DNA of 64,000 bases from Enoplolaimus lenunculus (lineage: Eukaryota), in assembly GCA_030248215.1 (NCBI GenBank), contig JASANG010000753.1:372001-436000 (forward strand), given 5' to 3'. Within the stretch, counting starts at the first letter, position 1. Every line of letters begins with the position of its first letter. This document shows positions 25,160 to 38,137 of this stretch, in pieces. A program made the translations under genes and the position numbers. The notes below the pieces were generated by a model. The model had not been told where the DNA came from. It saw only the letters and a program-made list of their open reading frames with translations, and did no database searches.

Positions 25160-25841
25160 GGAAAATGTGAAGATCAGGGGTGGTACGTTTTTATGCGCGA
25201 CTGCAATACAGTAAGCTGTAGCTTTAGACTATTTTTTGCATAGGTTTAGGCTTAGCTATAAGCTCATTCTTACGCTTAGGCTTAGGCACAGGCTTAGGTA
25301 TAAGCTCATTCTTACGCTTAGGCTTAGGCACAGGCTTAGGTATAAGCTCATTCTTACGCTTAGGCTTAGGCACAGGCTTAGGTATAAGCTCATTCTTACG
25401 CTTAGGCTTAGGCACAGGCTTAGGTATAAGCTCATTCTTACGCTTAGGCTTAGGCACAGGCTTAGGTATAAGCTCATTCTTACGCTTAGGCTTAGGCACA
25501 GGCTTAGGTATAAGCTCATTCTTACGCTTAGGCTTAGGCACAGACTTAGGTATAAGCTCATTCTTACGCTTAGGCTTAGGCACAGGCTTAGGTATAAGCT
25601 CATTCTTACGCTTAGGCTTAGGCACAGGCTTAGGTATAAGCTCATTCTTACGCTTAGGCTTAGGCACAGGCTTAGGTATAAGCTCATTCTTACGCTTAGG
25701 CTTAGGCACAGGCTTAGGTATAAGCTCATTCTTACGCTTAGGCTTAGGCACAGGCTTAGGTATAAGCTCATTCTAACGCTTAGGCTTAGGCTTAAGGAAT
25801 ATGCTTATCCTACTGAAACGGCTTTGTTCTGTGCATTGGCC
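25160..25841 (+). mobile_element. TTAGGC MITE containing about 13 near-identical 42-bp tandem units
   Basis: Unit gctcattcttacgcttaggcttaggcacaggcttaggtataa. Flanks gatagtct/gttactct (6/8). Confidence 0.9.
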
Positions 25842-27939
25842 GTTACTCTTGCTGTTCAACGGATATAGCGCAATTCTCGCTAGAAGTTATTTCTAATCCT
25901 CGGTCTATTGCTGTTTCTGCTCAAGCTTAATAGCGGTCAAAATCAATTTCCTCCAAACGTTACGCCCTGCGTATACAATTCTTCGTTGCTTAAGGTTAAA
26001 GCTGCTAAGTTACGACGCCATAAGGTAAGCGAATGCCCTGTGTGGAAGTGTTTTTGAATATTTAAGTAGAATTGAGTCAAATACCAGAAAGTATACTATA
26101 AACTTAAGTAGAGATATTGACCTGGCTGGCTCTATTTAACAAATGGTTTGTTATATTACTTTCGGGCCCATGTATAGAACAGGGCCGGAACGTCTTACGG
26201 CGGGACTGTAACAGAGTAAGCTTACGCTTTACGCTAATGTTTTTGCTTAGGCTTAGGCTTAGGCTTAGGTATAGGCTCATTCTTACGCTTAGGCTTAGAC
26301 TTAGACTTAGGCTTAGGCTTAGGAATATGCTATATATTACTGTTCCGCCCTATTCTATATATTGGCCGATTTAGGTATAAGGCTATTTATATCTGAACGC
26401 GCAAACTAGAGCAACAGTTTAACTTCTTTCGTAATTTTGGGTTTAGAAATAAGTTTTGAAAATGAATTGCGAAAGCCAAGGCGTAAGAATGTGCTTATAC
26501 TTAAGCTTAAGCCTAAGCCTAAGCGTAACCAAAAAATAGTCTACACTCTAGACGGGGATCACGTTATCACTGGGGCAACCTGGAACGCGTTTTGTTCCTA
26601 TTACAATAGCGGGTAACATTTTGTCTGCACGTTCATACGCTATCAGATTCGAAAAATTTGAATTGTCTGCTGTTCTGATACGACAGTCCCTGTTTGTACT
26701 GCAATATCATATGATATTTGAAATATTGTTCGCCAGTATCATATGGCATGTTGTAAAAATATCTGCAAGGTTGTGGTAAACTAGCCTGAATATCCTGAGA
26801 ATATCATATGATACTAAAATTTAACGTTTGAATTACTTGTCCTTAGGAATATACTATGTAAAATTTCCGCCAAAAACAGAAACACCTGCATTACTGTACT
26901 TACCCGAATAAGAGGGGGGTAATAAGAGGGCGGACTAACCATAGGTGGGATATTTGATGTCACTCACAATATAACGTAACTTACCGATGCAAGGTATAGG
27001 AATAAATTCTGTACATATAATACAGCGTTCACAATATAAACTTAAGCCCTTCCCAAAAAATGTGTCAATTTAAAATTTATTACGCGTTAGCCGTACCCTA
27101 AAGCTTTTTTGCTAACCCTACCCTAACGCTTTTTCGTTAACCTTACCCTAGTGCTTGTAAGAAACTGCTAGTGACAAGCGCAGGGTAGAGTTAATTGTAG
27201 GCAAAGGGAAATTTTACATACACAAACACGGTATATGTCACACCTAAACCCTGTCTTATAGCATTTTTTTGACGCAAGGCTAAATTTTATATTGTGAACG
27301 CAGCATAAAACGAGCTAAACTTTATTCAGTTTCAGGTTAAAATAGACGACAACTTTTACGCTGGACACTTTTTTACTTCCCCCTGACACACAATTGAAAT
27401 ATGATGGGCCCATGTAAAGATCAGGGGCGGGACGTTTTGATGTCGGACTGCAATAGAGTAAGCTTAAGCTTTTGGCTATTTTTTAGCTTGACTTTGGCTT
27501 AGGCTTAGGAGTAGGAATATGCTCATTTTTACGCTTAGGCTCAGAATTAGGCTTAGGTTTAGTCTTAGAAATATGCTCATTTTTATGCTTACGCTAAGGA
27601 TTAGGCTTACGCTTAGGCATCGGAATATGCTCATTTTTATGCTTAGGTTTAGGCTTAGGCTTAGGAATATGCTTATAGTATTGTTCCGCGCATGTTCTTT
27701 ACATTGGCCGATATGTGGAAAGTAGCACTTTTGAGTCCATTTTCCGTTGTCAATAACAAAATTGTTTCATGTGGGTGCGGTTTTAGTGGAAAAATAATTG
27801 AACCCAGGTCCTGGATTCAGAATTTAAAAATTATATACAACAATGGCAGATGGAAGTGATTCGTACAGAGAATCCAAGCGTAAAGCTAAACACACATTTT
27901 TAGTTTGTGCTATAAATATGAAGTATTTATAAAAGTTTC

Positions 27940-28260
27940 AAAGATGTTTTATTTTTCTGCCGACACAATTGCGGCGCGCAAATATTTAGCGGGCTTTCTA
28001 AAATTTTAACAAAAAAAATAGCGAATGCACCGAAATTTTGAAGAATTTTGATGAATTTCGTAAAAATTTTTGTCATATCGAACAATTGCAGCATATTTTG
28101 AATCAAACTTTCACACCAATATAATGTATAAAATGAAAATTTTCGAAGTGTATACGTGATTTTTTAACTAATTTTAATCCCGAAAATCAGTAAATTTCCG
28201 GTATTTCTATCACAAAAACGGAAACAAACACCGATTTTTACCGGAAACGGAAATGTATAT
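27940..28260. repeat. Dispersed repeat; inverted copy at about 56262-56545, interrupted by a TTAGGC MITE at 56546-56700
   Basis: Shared ttctgcc(g/a)acacaatt, atagcg(a/g)atgcac, tatacgtgatttttt(t)aactaatttt and ccggaaac blocks in opposite orientation. Confidence 0.75.
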
Positions 28261-28531
28261 GCGGGTACATCCGGCCAGCTGGTCAAAGTTGATACAATGT
28301 TTGAACCAGTGAATCTACGGTTTTATGCCACATCTCTCGGAGTTATATATTCGGCTGCACGGAAACTTCAGGTTCTATTGTAGTGCCACTCAAAAATAAT
28401 TCCTCCCTCAAAGTAAACATAAACCGCATACTCAACGTGAGACAGGGTTAATTTTATAAATTTTAGCCAAAAACGAGCCAGTCAAAGACACGTTCGACCG
28501 GATGTACTTCCCGGTAATTCAAATCTTAGCG

Positions 28532-31500
28532 ATGAGTAAACCAGTCGGTGCGCGTTCTTCTCGTGATACGCCTCGCTTGGACGATGAACATATTCCACTT
28601 CGTGGTCCGCGGCCTGGCTTTTCCGCCGCCGGAAATCATGAATTCAGCACAAGCGGCATGGTCGACAGCTACGTATCGTCGTTGAAGTCTGAGCCAGTTC
28701 AACGCGGTGCTCCGAAAAAGGCTGATTTGATTGGATTTCGACCGCGGAACTCGAGTATGGAGTTTATTTTGACGCCAACTAGCGAAGAGACCACCGCGTC
28801 TAATGCAACCACCGGTGCAGTGTTGCTACCAAACAGCAGTCAGCCACGGCTGAACCGTCCGTGGTTAGATGCGATTGTTGGAAGGAGGTATATGATAGCT
28901 CATGTACACGTCGCATGCGGATAAGGTTAAGGCTTAGGCTTAGGAGCAAAGGTTTTTAGACAAAGGCTTGCGTAAACAAAACCCTACTTTTAAGCATAAG
29001 TATGCGTTGCCTGATCCTTTGTCTGAGCCTCAGCCTGCTAAACATGGACCCAATGCTTGCTCATAAACAATGCGAAGAGGGGCGTAGTGAAAAGGGAATT
29101 TTCGTTTATGCATATCAGAACGAATCAAATTTCTAAATTTATATTTTAGGCACAGCCTAATTAAGCGTTTTGGACTTTCAGGCCAATATAAAGCACAGGG
29201 GCGGAGCAGTATTATAAGCATATTTCTAAGACTAAACTTAAGCCTAAGCTTAAGCCTAAACGTAAGAATGAGCATATTCCTAAGCATAAGCCTAAGCCTA
29301 AACCTAAGCCAGGCAAAAAAATTGGTCTAAACCTTAACCTTAACCTATTCTAGTCCAAAATGAAAACATTCCGCCTCTGATTTTTACATGGGCCAACATA
29401 AGAGTGCCCATTTCATGGCCCCTCCCCAGAAACTTCGCGGGAGGGGGATGGTGATATACCCCCCTATTCGTACCAATGCATGCACCCTAATCGTACACTC
29501 AAAATAATATTTCTGATATTTAAGAAACAATTTCTTACATTTGAGAAATATGCTTAGCAAGGTGCACTTGAAAAGTATTTCTGTTATAACAGAATTGTTT
29601 TCAAAAAACGTTCTGAAATAAAGTCTGAAAATAAACGTTTTCCAGTTATTTTTTGAAAAATTGTCTTAAATATCAGCAAAACTTTTCAAATTTGCCACAG
29701 AAAATACTTTTCTGAATAAATTCAGAAATACATTCTTGTGTGTAGCTTCGTGAATAGCCGCGTAATAAATTAACATATACGCCTTTCGTGGGATCGTTTC
29801 GTCCCACTTGTAGAATTATGCGAAATCTAAGCATGTCACCACCATGACCGGAAACAGACAGGGGTCCCAAACTTGCGAGCGAATCGAACGAGAAGCCAGA
29901 CGTATTTTAAAACTTCAGTGCGGTTTTTGTTTCAACCGGTTATGGTGGAGGGCCCATGAGTGATGGCTGCTCCGGCCCTGGTTTCCACCCCTGAAATATT
30001 TTTACAAGATTCGAATTTAACTGAGTGAACGCGATCAATTTTTAGGCAACCAAAAACATTCGTACCTCGACTTAACCTCGAATTCTACGAACGAGCACAC
30101 AAGCGTCCTGCGTGCAATCCAAAACATTGGCAATTTTGGTTACTTATCGCTTGCATAATTGCACTAACAGCGCTAATCACAGGAATTACAACTTGGTTAA
30201 TTAGCCAATTTTTAACCCCAACTCCAGCGGCGAGCGTTCAAGATACGGTCGTAATTCGTGGCACATATCGGCTCCTATATCATCCGGATAAGATTGCTGA
30301 TTTATATCGGTACCCACAAGAAGCGCTTGTTTCTCCGGGTCAAGATTTCAAAATTCAAAGGTCTAAAAGTAACCTCACACAGGTAAAACGACAAGTTGAG
30401 GCTATCCCGGACAACGAAATGCAGCGCAAGGCGAAACTGGTACAAAATTATCAGCCTTCAAGTTGTCGCTATGCGAATCAAAAATGCTATTTCCGATGGA
30501 AATCGTTTATTGCCAATAATTTTGGTATGGATTGTCCAGAAGTTTCGTGGGCCAATCACAAAATTCAGGTAAAGATCAGAATGGTTGATGCAGAATTTGA
30601 GATTTTAAGTATTTTTTATCCTCATTTTGCAGAGATTTACAAAAATTGGCTCAAATTTGAAATTGAACAATTTTTACTCAAATTTGAAATTAAAAATTTT
30701 ACTCAAATTTGAAATTCAACAATTTTTACTCAAATTTGAAACAAAATTTAATTCAAGTTTTGAATTCAAAATTTGACTCAAATTTGAAATTAAATATTTG
30801 ACTAAAATTCAAAATTAAAATTTTTTACTCAATTTGGAAATTGAACAATTTTTATTCTAATTTAAAATTAAAATTTTGATTCAAATTTGAAATTAAAAAT
30901 ATTGTTCAAATTTGAAATTGAACAATTTTTATTCAAATTTGAAACTAAAATTTTGATTCAAATTTAAAATTAAAAATTTGTCTCAAATTTGAAATTGATC
31001 AATTTTTACTCAAATTTGAAATTGATTAATTTTTACTCAAATTTGAAATTGATAAATTTTTACTCAAATTTGAAATTGATGAATTTTTACACAAATTCGA
31101 AATTAAAAATTTAATTCAAACTTTTTTCAGGAAAGTTTCTCCGATTTCATACTAAACGATGCAATTTGCCGTTGGCAGCGTTGCATTTCACTTTCGCTCT
31201 GTTGTTGGTCATCGCCAGCGCAATCAACCATTGCCGCAGCATCGTTCGCCCTTGAAATTGTGACCCCCGGTTCGTCCAGTAACCAGCTGGTCCTTCATGA
31301 TTATTCCACCTCAAATTCAAATGACCTTTTGGGTTACAAAATCGCCTCAATGCTAGCGTATTCTAATGCTTATCGGTCAATTAATCGTGTATTGTTTTAT
31401 GCACCATTCGGATATGACATTAACGAAAATAAGCGCAGTGGTGTGCAAGAAATAGTTGCAGAAGTGCAAGTTTGCACGCAAGATGTTGCGTTTCGTAACA

Positions 31501-33568
31501 GTACTGCGTGCAATTTTGAACCAACCTGTGTGACGAGAAAAATTTAAAAATCGATTGAAGTCCCAAAACTGACCCCTGATGATAGAATAAAGACCTGGGT
31601 TCGTATTCTCAAATGTGTGTAAGCAACTATTGTGATAAAACTTTCGGCCCTTGTATAGAACAGGGCCGGATGGTTTTCCGGAGAGGCTATAATAGAGTCT
31701 GTTTAAGCTTTAGACGAATTGTTTTGTTTAGATTTAGGCTTAGGCTTCAGAATAGGATCATCCATACGCTTTGGTTTAGGCTTAGGCTTAGGAATAGGCT
31801 CATCCATACGCTTTGGCTTAGGCTTAGGCTTAGGAATATGCTTATACTTCTGTTCCAGCTTTGTTCTATACATGGGCCAAACTTTTGAACGAGTGAATGA
31901 TGAAGTAGCAAATTTGGTCAAATTTTTCACATTTGATTTGTCGTACTTTTGCGTCAATTTTGAGATACAAAATTGCAGCCGACTGTCAGTTTGACAACCT
32001 ATCGCTTATTGCTGATTAGTTGCTATATGCATTTGAGAATATTAGCGTTGAAAAGTCAAAATTGGTTGCAAGATTTGCAAATTCAACATCTCATGGTTTG
32101 CAATGTTCCTTGAATAGATTGTGCAGAAAAACTTATTTGTTCTTCGATGAAATGATTCCTTTAAATACGTATGTTGAGAGTTTCAGCTTTAATTACATAT
32201 ATTTGAACAAGCAGCCCCTAAAAGCGGCAATGGAGACGGGGTAAAAAATTCAAATCTGAACACCTAAGAATTTAACGAAGATGGGTCTGTTCTATAGCTG
32301 TCAACCAGTTGTGCATATCTTTATCAGTATCAATTTGAAAACGGTTCAAATATTATGGCCCCCAAAATTCAGCGGATTTGAAGGTAAACTATCTATACAC
32401 TTCATGGCCTATGCGGCTTACGGTTAGGCTTAGGAATACGGTTATACTACTGTTCCGACCCTGTTCTTTACATTGGCCCAAAGTTTTATATTTTGAAAAC
32501 TGTTGCATCATCCCAAAATTAACATAATTTTGAACTTCAACGTCTTTTATTTGAATTCTGTTGGCAATTTGTCGATCATTTTGTTATTTTTTGCAATGTT
32601 AATGCGCAGCCTACAATAACATGCGTACACCAGGTGACTTTTTAGTGGTTGCTGTAAATTATTACCGCCCGTACATGCCGTATGTTTTTTCAAATTGTTT
32701 AATTTGTGCGGTAAATGCTTACCTAATGCGGGGTTCACGTTATAACCGGGGCAGGCGGGACACGATTTGCCGCATGTTGGTTCGACGTCAACGTTAAAAT
32801 TCGAGCTCTTATATCGGGTCAGCAGACAAAACTGGAATGTCATATGTACATTAGCTGACAAACCACCACCCCGCATAATACTGTAAGCATATCAGTTAAT
32901 CATTCTTCTGGGTAACGCTTGTCTGCGGTCTCCTGAAACTATTTAAAACTCAGCTGAGGTAAAAGCACTCTTGTACACGTTGTTCCACAAGTATAAGCGT
33001 AAGCTTCTCCCCACAACAACACATAAGCCACTCCACCAAACCTTAACTTAAACCTAAGCCTAAGCCTAAACCTGATATTTAACCGAAGCGTTATATTAAG
33101 CCAGGTAAGCCTAAACCTTAGGCTAAACAGGCCCATGTAAAAATCAGAAGCGGAACGTATTTCTGTGTGACTGCAATAGAGTAAGCTTAAACTTTAGACT
33201 AATTTTCCCTTGCTTGGCTTAGGCTTAGGTTTACGCTTAGGCTTAGGCTTAGGAATATGCTTATACTGCTCTGTTCCGCCGCTGTTCTTTACATTAGCCG
33301 GCTAAACCTAGTCACATAAACGTAAGTTTTGCGGAAATGCCAAAATTTTAAAAACGGGGGGTAGTGTACGATAGTCAAAAAAACAAAACAAAAAATAATG
33401 TAACATTACATTATAATAAGTTGACGTTGACCTCACAATAATTATCATTAATTATAATTGCCAACCGGAAGCATTAATTTATCATACAGGGCACCAACAA
33501 AGTGGTCGGGGTATAATGGGTTTAGATTTTTTACAAATGACCCACTGATCAGTGGAACCAAATTATAG
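28532..33568 (+). CDS. Predicted type II single-pass membrane protein, about 410 aa; exons 28530-28887, 30046-30382, 31131-31469, 32755-32882, 33490-33568
   Basis: Junction phases chain 2-0-0-2 to a TAG at 33566-33568. Exon 2 (open for 112 codons, absent from the ORF track) encodes RAHKRPACNPKH-WQFWLLIACIIALTALITGITTWLISQFL, a TM helix with basic residues N-terminal. There is a TTTTCAG acceptor at 31130. The last two exons are less certain. Confidence 0.65.
30650..31120. repeat. AT-rich intronic minisatellite, about 27-bp unit
   Basis: Unit ctcaaatttgaaattgaNNaattttta, containing the palindrome TCAAATTTGA. Confidence 0.9.
31646..31878 (+). mobile_element. Merlin-like TTAGGC MITE
   Basis: GGCCCTTGTATAGAAC...GTTCTATACATGGGCC. 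Flanks aaactttc/aaactttt (7/8). Confidence 0.9.
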
Positions 33569-34428
33569 TTCCTGGTTAAAACTGGCAAAGCAAAGTGTTC
33601 TCTGTTTAGTTGTGGAATAAGAGCATCATTGGCGTTTAATTAAGATGTCCCTCGAGAAAGACCCTTGGCCCAAGGGTCCACAGATTAGGAGTGAAACGTT
33701 TTCCTACCGCACTTCAATAGAGTAAAAGTTTTAACCTAATTTTTTTGCTCTTAACCTTAGGTGTAGGTATGAACTTATTCTTACGCATAGACTTAGGCTT
33801 TGGCGTAGGAATATGTTTATACTACTGTTACGACCCTGTTCTATACATTGGCCAATAAAATTGAGAGGTTTTAAATAGCCGAAGCAGACATAAGCATACA
33901 ATGTTTAGTTGGTTCCAGATTTATATTCTGCAGATAAAAACATTAATATTGGTACGCTGCCGTGGTAATTTTTGATTTAAATTTTTGAACGCTAGTATAG
34001 AGTTTAATTGTATTTTTTGAGGGTAAAAATTTCACTGAAATTCCTAATTTGGTTCGTGGGTGTCTCCACAGGGGGCACTAAAGGGTCGTGCCTCCCCCGA
34101 ATTTGGTTCGTGCATTCCAGCAGATGTTGTTGGGAGTAGATCAGCTAGGAAAACCAGTGTATCATTACGAGATGTCACCGATTGTGTGAAGTTTTTTCTA
34201 TAAAATAGGCTTTTTTGTTCAGACTTTGCATCATTGGACGCTGTCTTATATTTGTGGTTTAAGTTAAATTTGTCTACTTTTCAATTAGGCACACATTGCA
34301 AGAGACGAAACGTTTTTCCTTGGGACTGCCTTAGAGTAAGCTTAAGCTTTAGTCTAATTATTTGTTTACGCTTAGGCTTAGACTTAAGCTTACGCTTAGG
34401 TATAAGCTCATTCTTACACTTAGGTTTA

Positions 34429-34880
34429 ATGTAGTGACCCGAATAAGAGGAGGGAGGCAATAAGAGGGGGTCTCCATTTTGAGTCCCAATCAATAGGAGT
34501 AAGTATCCCTAATAACAGTCCGTAACCGGATAGAGTCCCTAAACCCTAATTAGAGTCCATAAATGTCAATTATCCATAACTGTAGCGCTTAACGGACTCC
34601 ATGACCAAACAATTTGAGTTTGAAACTTTAAAGCTTACTTAATTTTTGAAGGTACATTCTTAAGTATAACCTTGTATTATCGCTCAAACTATTTACGCAA
34701 TACAAATAAACGTTTAATTCAACGGACAGTTGCAGTACCGGATATTTTTCAGCCACGAAGGGTGGCGAAGCGTGTGTTATAAATAAATAAATAACAGTCC
34801 GTAACCGAATAACAGGGGGTCGGGTGCCCTCTGTAGAGGCCAAATAAATATCAGCCCCCCTCTCATTCGGGTCACTACTG
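34429..34880. mobile_element. Tc1/mariner-like MITE nested in a TTAGGC MITE (inverted copy at 49827-50205)
   Basis: TIR gtagtgacccgaat(a/g)agagg with TA on both sides. The host MITE resumes after 34880. Confidence 0.8.
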
Positions 34881-35326
34881 TAGGCTTAAGCTTAGGAAAT
34901 ATGCTTATAACGCTGTTAGGTCGTGTTTTATAACATTGATCAAAATGGCGAAAAAATTAATAATTAAACTTGAAAATTGAAACATTTCTCTTAGCAGGCG
35001 AAAATAAATTCAGGCCTTTCAAAACATTTGAGCTGAAAGGTTGTGGTAAGTTATGCCGTCGGCTTTTACTATTGTCAACCTTACAAAAACCACATTTGGG
35101 CTTGAATTTAACCGAGATAACCTGAATGAATAATGAGGTTACGCACGCGATAATGCAATATCATAACGTTTCATTTATAACAATTATAGAGTACGTTTCG
35201 AGTGTTTTGTCAATGAATGTAAAATTCATTGACAGACAATTTGGGCCAATGTAATGAACAGGGGCGGAATAATATTATAAGCATATTCGTAAGCGTAAGC
35301 CGAAAGCCTAAACCTAAGAGCAAGAA

Positions 35327-35496
35327 CAGTGACGGATCCAGGATCTCAAAATGGGGGGGGCAAAATTTCACAGGTAATAAACTTATTTTTGACCCACACA
35401 CAAACCACGAACTATTGCCATAAAATTGCTATATAATTTTTGTCGAGATTTTGTTGGGGGGCATGGTCGGGGTGGCCCCTCATGGATCCGCCATTG
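35327..35496. mobile_element. hAT-like GC-rich MITE nested in TTAGGC MITE 35244-35685
   Basis: CAGTGACGGATCCA...TGGATCCGCCATTG termini. Flanks agcaagaa/agtaacaa. Confidence 0.75.
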
Positions 35497-37700
35497 AGTA
35501 ACAATGAGCATATTCCTAATCCTAAATCTAAGCCTAAGCCTAAGCCTAAGCCTAAGTGTAAGAATGAACATATTCCTAATGCTAAGCCTAAGCCTAAGCC
35601 AAGCAAAAAAATTAGTCTAAAGCTTTAAGCTTAATCTTTTATTGTCCAACAGAAAAACGATCCACCCCTGATCTTTACATGGGCCGAAATTTTGAACTCT
35701 ATCCTTTTGCGGACTTTGGGAAGTAGATACTCTTGTTGATTGTAACAAAAATAAGCCAACACACCCGTGGCCAAATATCAGCCGTTAGGGCTCAGCTCTC
35801 TCTCCCCAGAAAAACTTAACCCCCAACCCCTAAAAACGTTTGCAACGCTTAAGTCATATGAAACCCTTGTATGCCCGTTTGAAATTTTTTGACCCCCCCT
35901 ATCAGGGAAATCTTAGAAAGTTGCTTTGGTTGTTAACGTTGGCATGTAGTCAAGCTTGTGGGTATTTATGTCAATGACAAGTAGGTCGGCTTACGCCCAG
36001 TCGAATAATTTATATTTTAATTATTTTTTAAACAAAATTTATTGTTACAAATTATGACCAATGTAACGAACAGAAGCGGGACAGTATTATAACCATATTC
36101 GTAATTCTAAACCTAAGCCTAAGCCTAAGTCTAAACGTAAGAATGGACATATTCCTAAGCCTAAGCCTAAGCCTAAGCCTAAGTCTAAACGTATGGACAT
36201 ATTCCTAAACCTAAGCCTAAGTCTAAACGTAAGAATGGACATATTCCTAAGCCTAAACTAAAGCCTAAGTCTAAGCCAAGCAAAAACTAGTCCAAGGTTT
36301 ACGCTTACTCTATTGCAGTGTCACAGAAAAACGTTCCGACCATGATCTTTACATGGGACCTAATTATTTGCGATAATTTTCAAATGCAGTTGGCAAATTT
36401 TTGAAAAACTTTTTAGCTTTTATGAGAATATGTATAGATTAGCGTTTGACTACACTCTTTCAGATTTTCTGAATTTTGATATAGTCACATTTGAAGCCTA
36501 TGTAATTTCCGTTCGGTTGAGCCAATGCATAGAACAGGGTCGAAAACAGTGGAATAAACATGGGTCGAAAACAGTGGAATAAACATATTACCAAGCCTGG
36601 GCGTAAGCCTAAGCCAAAGCATATACGAATGAGCTTATAGCTTAGCGTATTAAGTCTAAGCTTAAATGAGCTTATAGCTGGCCCTAAATCTATGCCTAAG
36701 CCTGAGCAAAAAACTAGTCTAAAGCTTAAGCTTATTTTATTGCAGCCCAACAGAATACAACGTTCGCTCCTGATTTTTTACATCGACCCTCGATTGTAAG
36801 AAAATAAAGACTTCGAGAACGTTTTAAACCTCTAAGCATTGAATTTCAATCTGCCTTTGCTGGCTAAACAATGTCAGAGCGAGGGTGCAATCATGTTGGC
36901 AGCCAGGGTCATATTTTGGGAGCGTATCGGGGATACTGGTGCAGGTCGGTACACTGAAAATTCTAAATAACTGTCAAATAAACGTTTCATTATGACGGCC
37001 TGAAGTCAATAGGGGCCCAGGGGGGCTGAACCCTCCTGAAAAAAATTTGGCCGCCCCTAGATAATTTTCAACCTTGGCTTGCAAATCATTCAAAACCCTT
37101 GAATGCTCGTCGTAAAAAATTTTCAGCCCCCCTCAGCAAGTTGAGCTGGCTACAGGCCTGAATTATGACCCCCTGCAAACGTCAGAGAGAGGGGTTGATG
37201 ATACAAAGGTGCATATTGCTGGATTTATACAGCAACGTCATCATAAAAACCCGTGCTATAAAATTTCAACATCGCCAAACCAAACGGCTTACAAATGTCT
37301 AAAACGTGGAGGGGGGGGTGGGTTTGCAGTTGAAAAATTGACTTTCCTGGATTGAAAACTGAATTCAATCGTAACTTGAAGTTCAATAAGTTTGCGTTCA
37401 AACCAATTTCGAAAAATTAAAATTCAAAACTTCACAAATATCTGGTTGATTTGAAAATTATTTCGCCTTTATGTCCAGTGTTTTTTGGTTTCTACCCCGC
37501 CCGTTCCCCTATCCGCCGAACAAGTAAATTGCCAATTGTGAACGTTATAAACAAAACAAAATTGCAGTCCGTGCCAGAAACGAACAAACATTACGTACCG
37601 CATGAGGTGCCCTGAAAAGCCCATCGCATAGTCGAGCTTAAAACCGCAATGTAATTTGAACCTTGAAACATTTACACTCCCTTCAACTTGACCCCTCTTA

Positions 37701-37877
37701 CAGGCCTGTAGCTAACTCACCATGCTATGGGGGGTGGTGAAAAATTTTCACGAGGGGTATCAAAGGCAATTCATTGACTCACAAGCAAGGTTGAATATTT
37801 TCTAGGAGGGTGGGGGCAAAATGTTTCCGGGAAGATGGTGTAGCGAGCCCTCCCTGCCCCCCTTGGCTACGGCCCTA
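37701..37877. mobile_element. hAT-like GC-rich MITE; relatives near 3770, 18991, 37000, 42350, 50483, 53933, 58890, 62011
   Basis: CAGGCCTGTAGC...GCTACGGCCCTA termini with G/C runs. The copy at 53933-54110 has a ctcgtatc/ttcgtatc 8-bp duplication. Confidence 0.7.
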
Positions 37878-38137
37878 ACCAGAGAGCTGTTGTAAGTACA
37901 TTTCTAAACACAACAGAGGGGTACACCCTCAAAACATAGGTACCGCCAGGATCCTCATTTGGCCGGGAGCCGCAAATCAATTACTTGAGTATATATGGTT
38001 GTGTTTTTAACCGCGCTTTGTCTCGTTTGTAACTTCGACCCTGGCTGAACGCAGTAAAACTGCCTCGAAAATAATATATTTTTCTACGAATTTCTTTCCT
38101 TCCCCCAGTCGAAATTTTATAGCCTCAGTTATATATG

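Noticed and set aside
25240..25795. CRISPR-like array
   Set aside because: There are no unique spacers (head-to-tail identical units), and the context is eukaryotic.
25224..25868. Long repetitive ORFs (LRLRHRLRYK, PKPKRKNELI, SLSLSVRM) here and at 5562, 15348, 16588-17203, 21431, 27519, 31613, 39891, 41151 and 63671
   Set aside because: They are translations of TTAGGC-phase MITE interiors. Units that are multiples of 6 keep the frames open.
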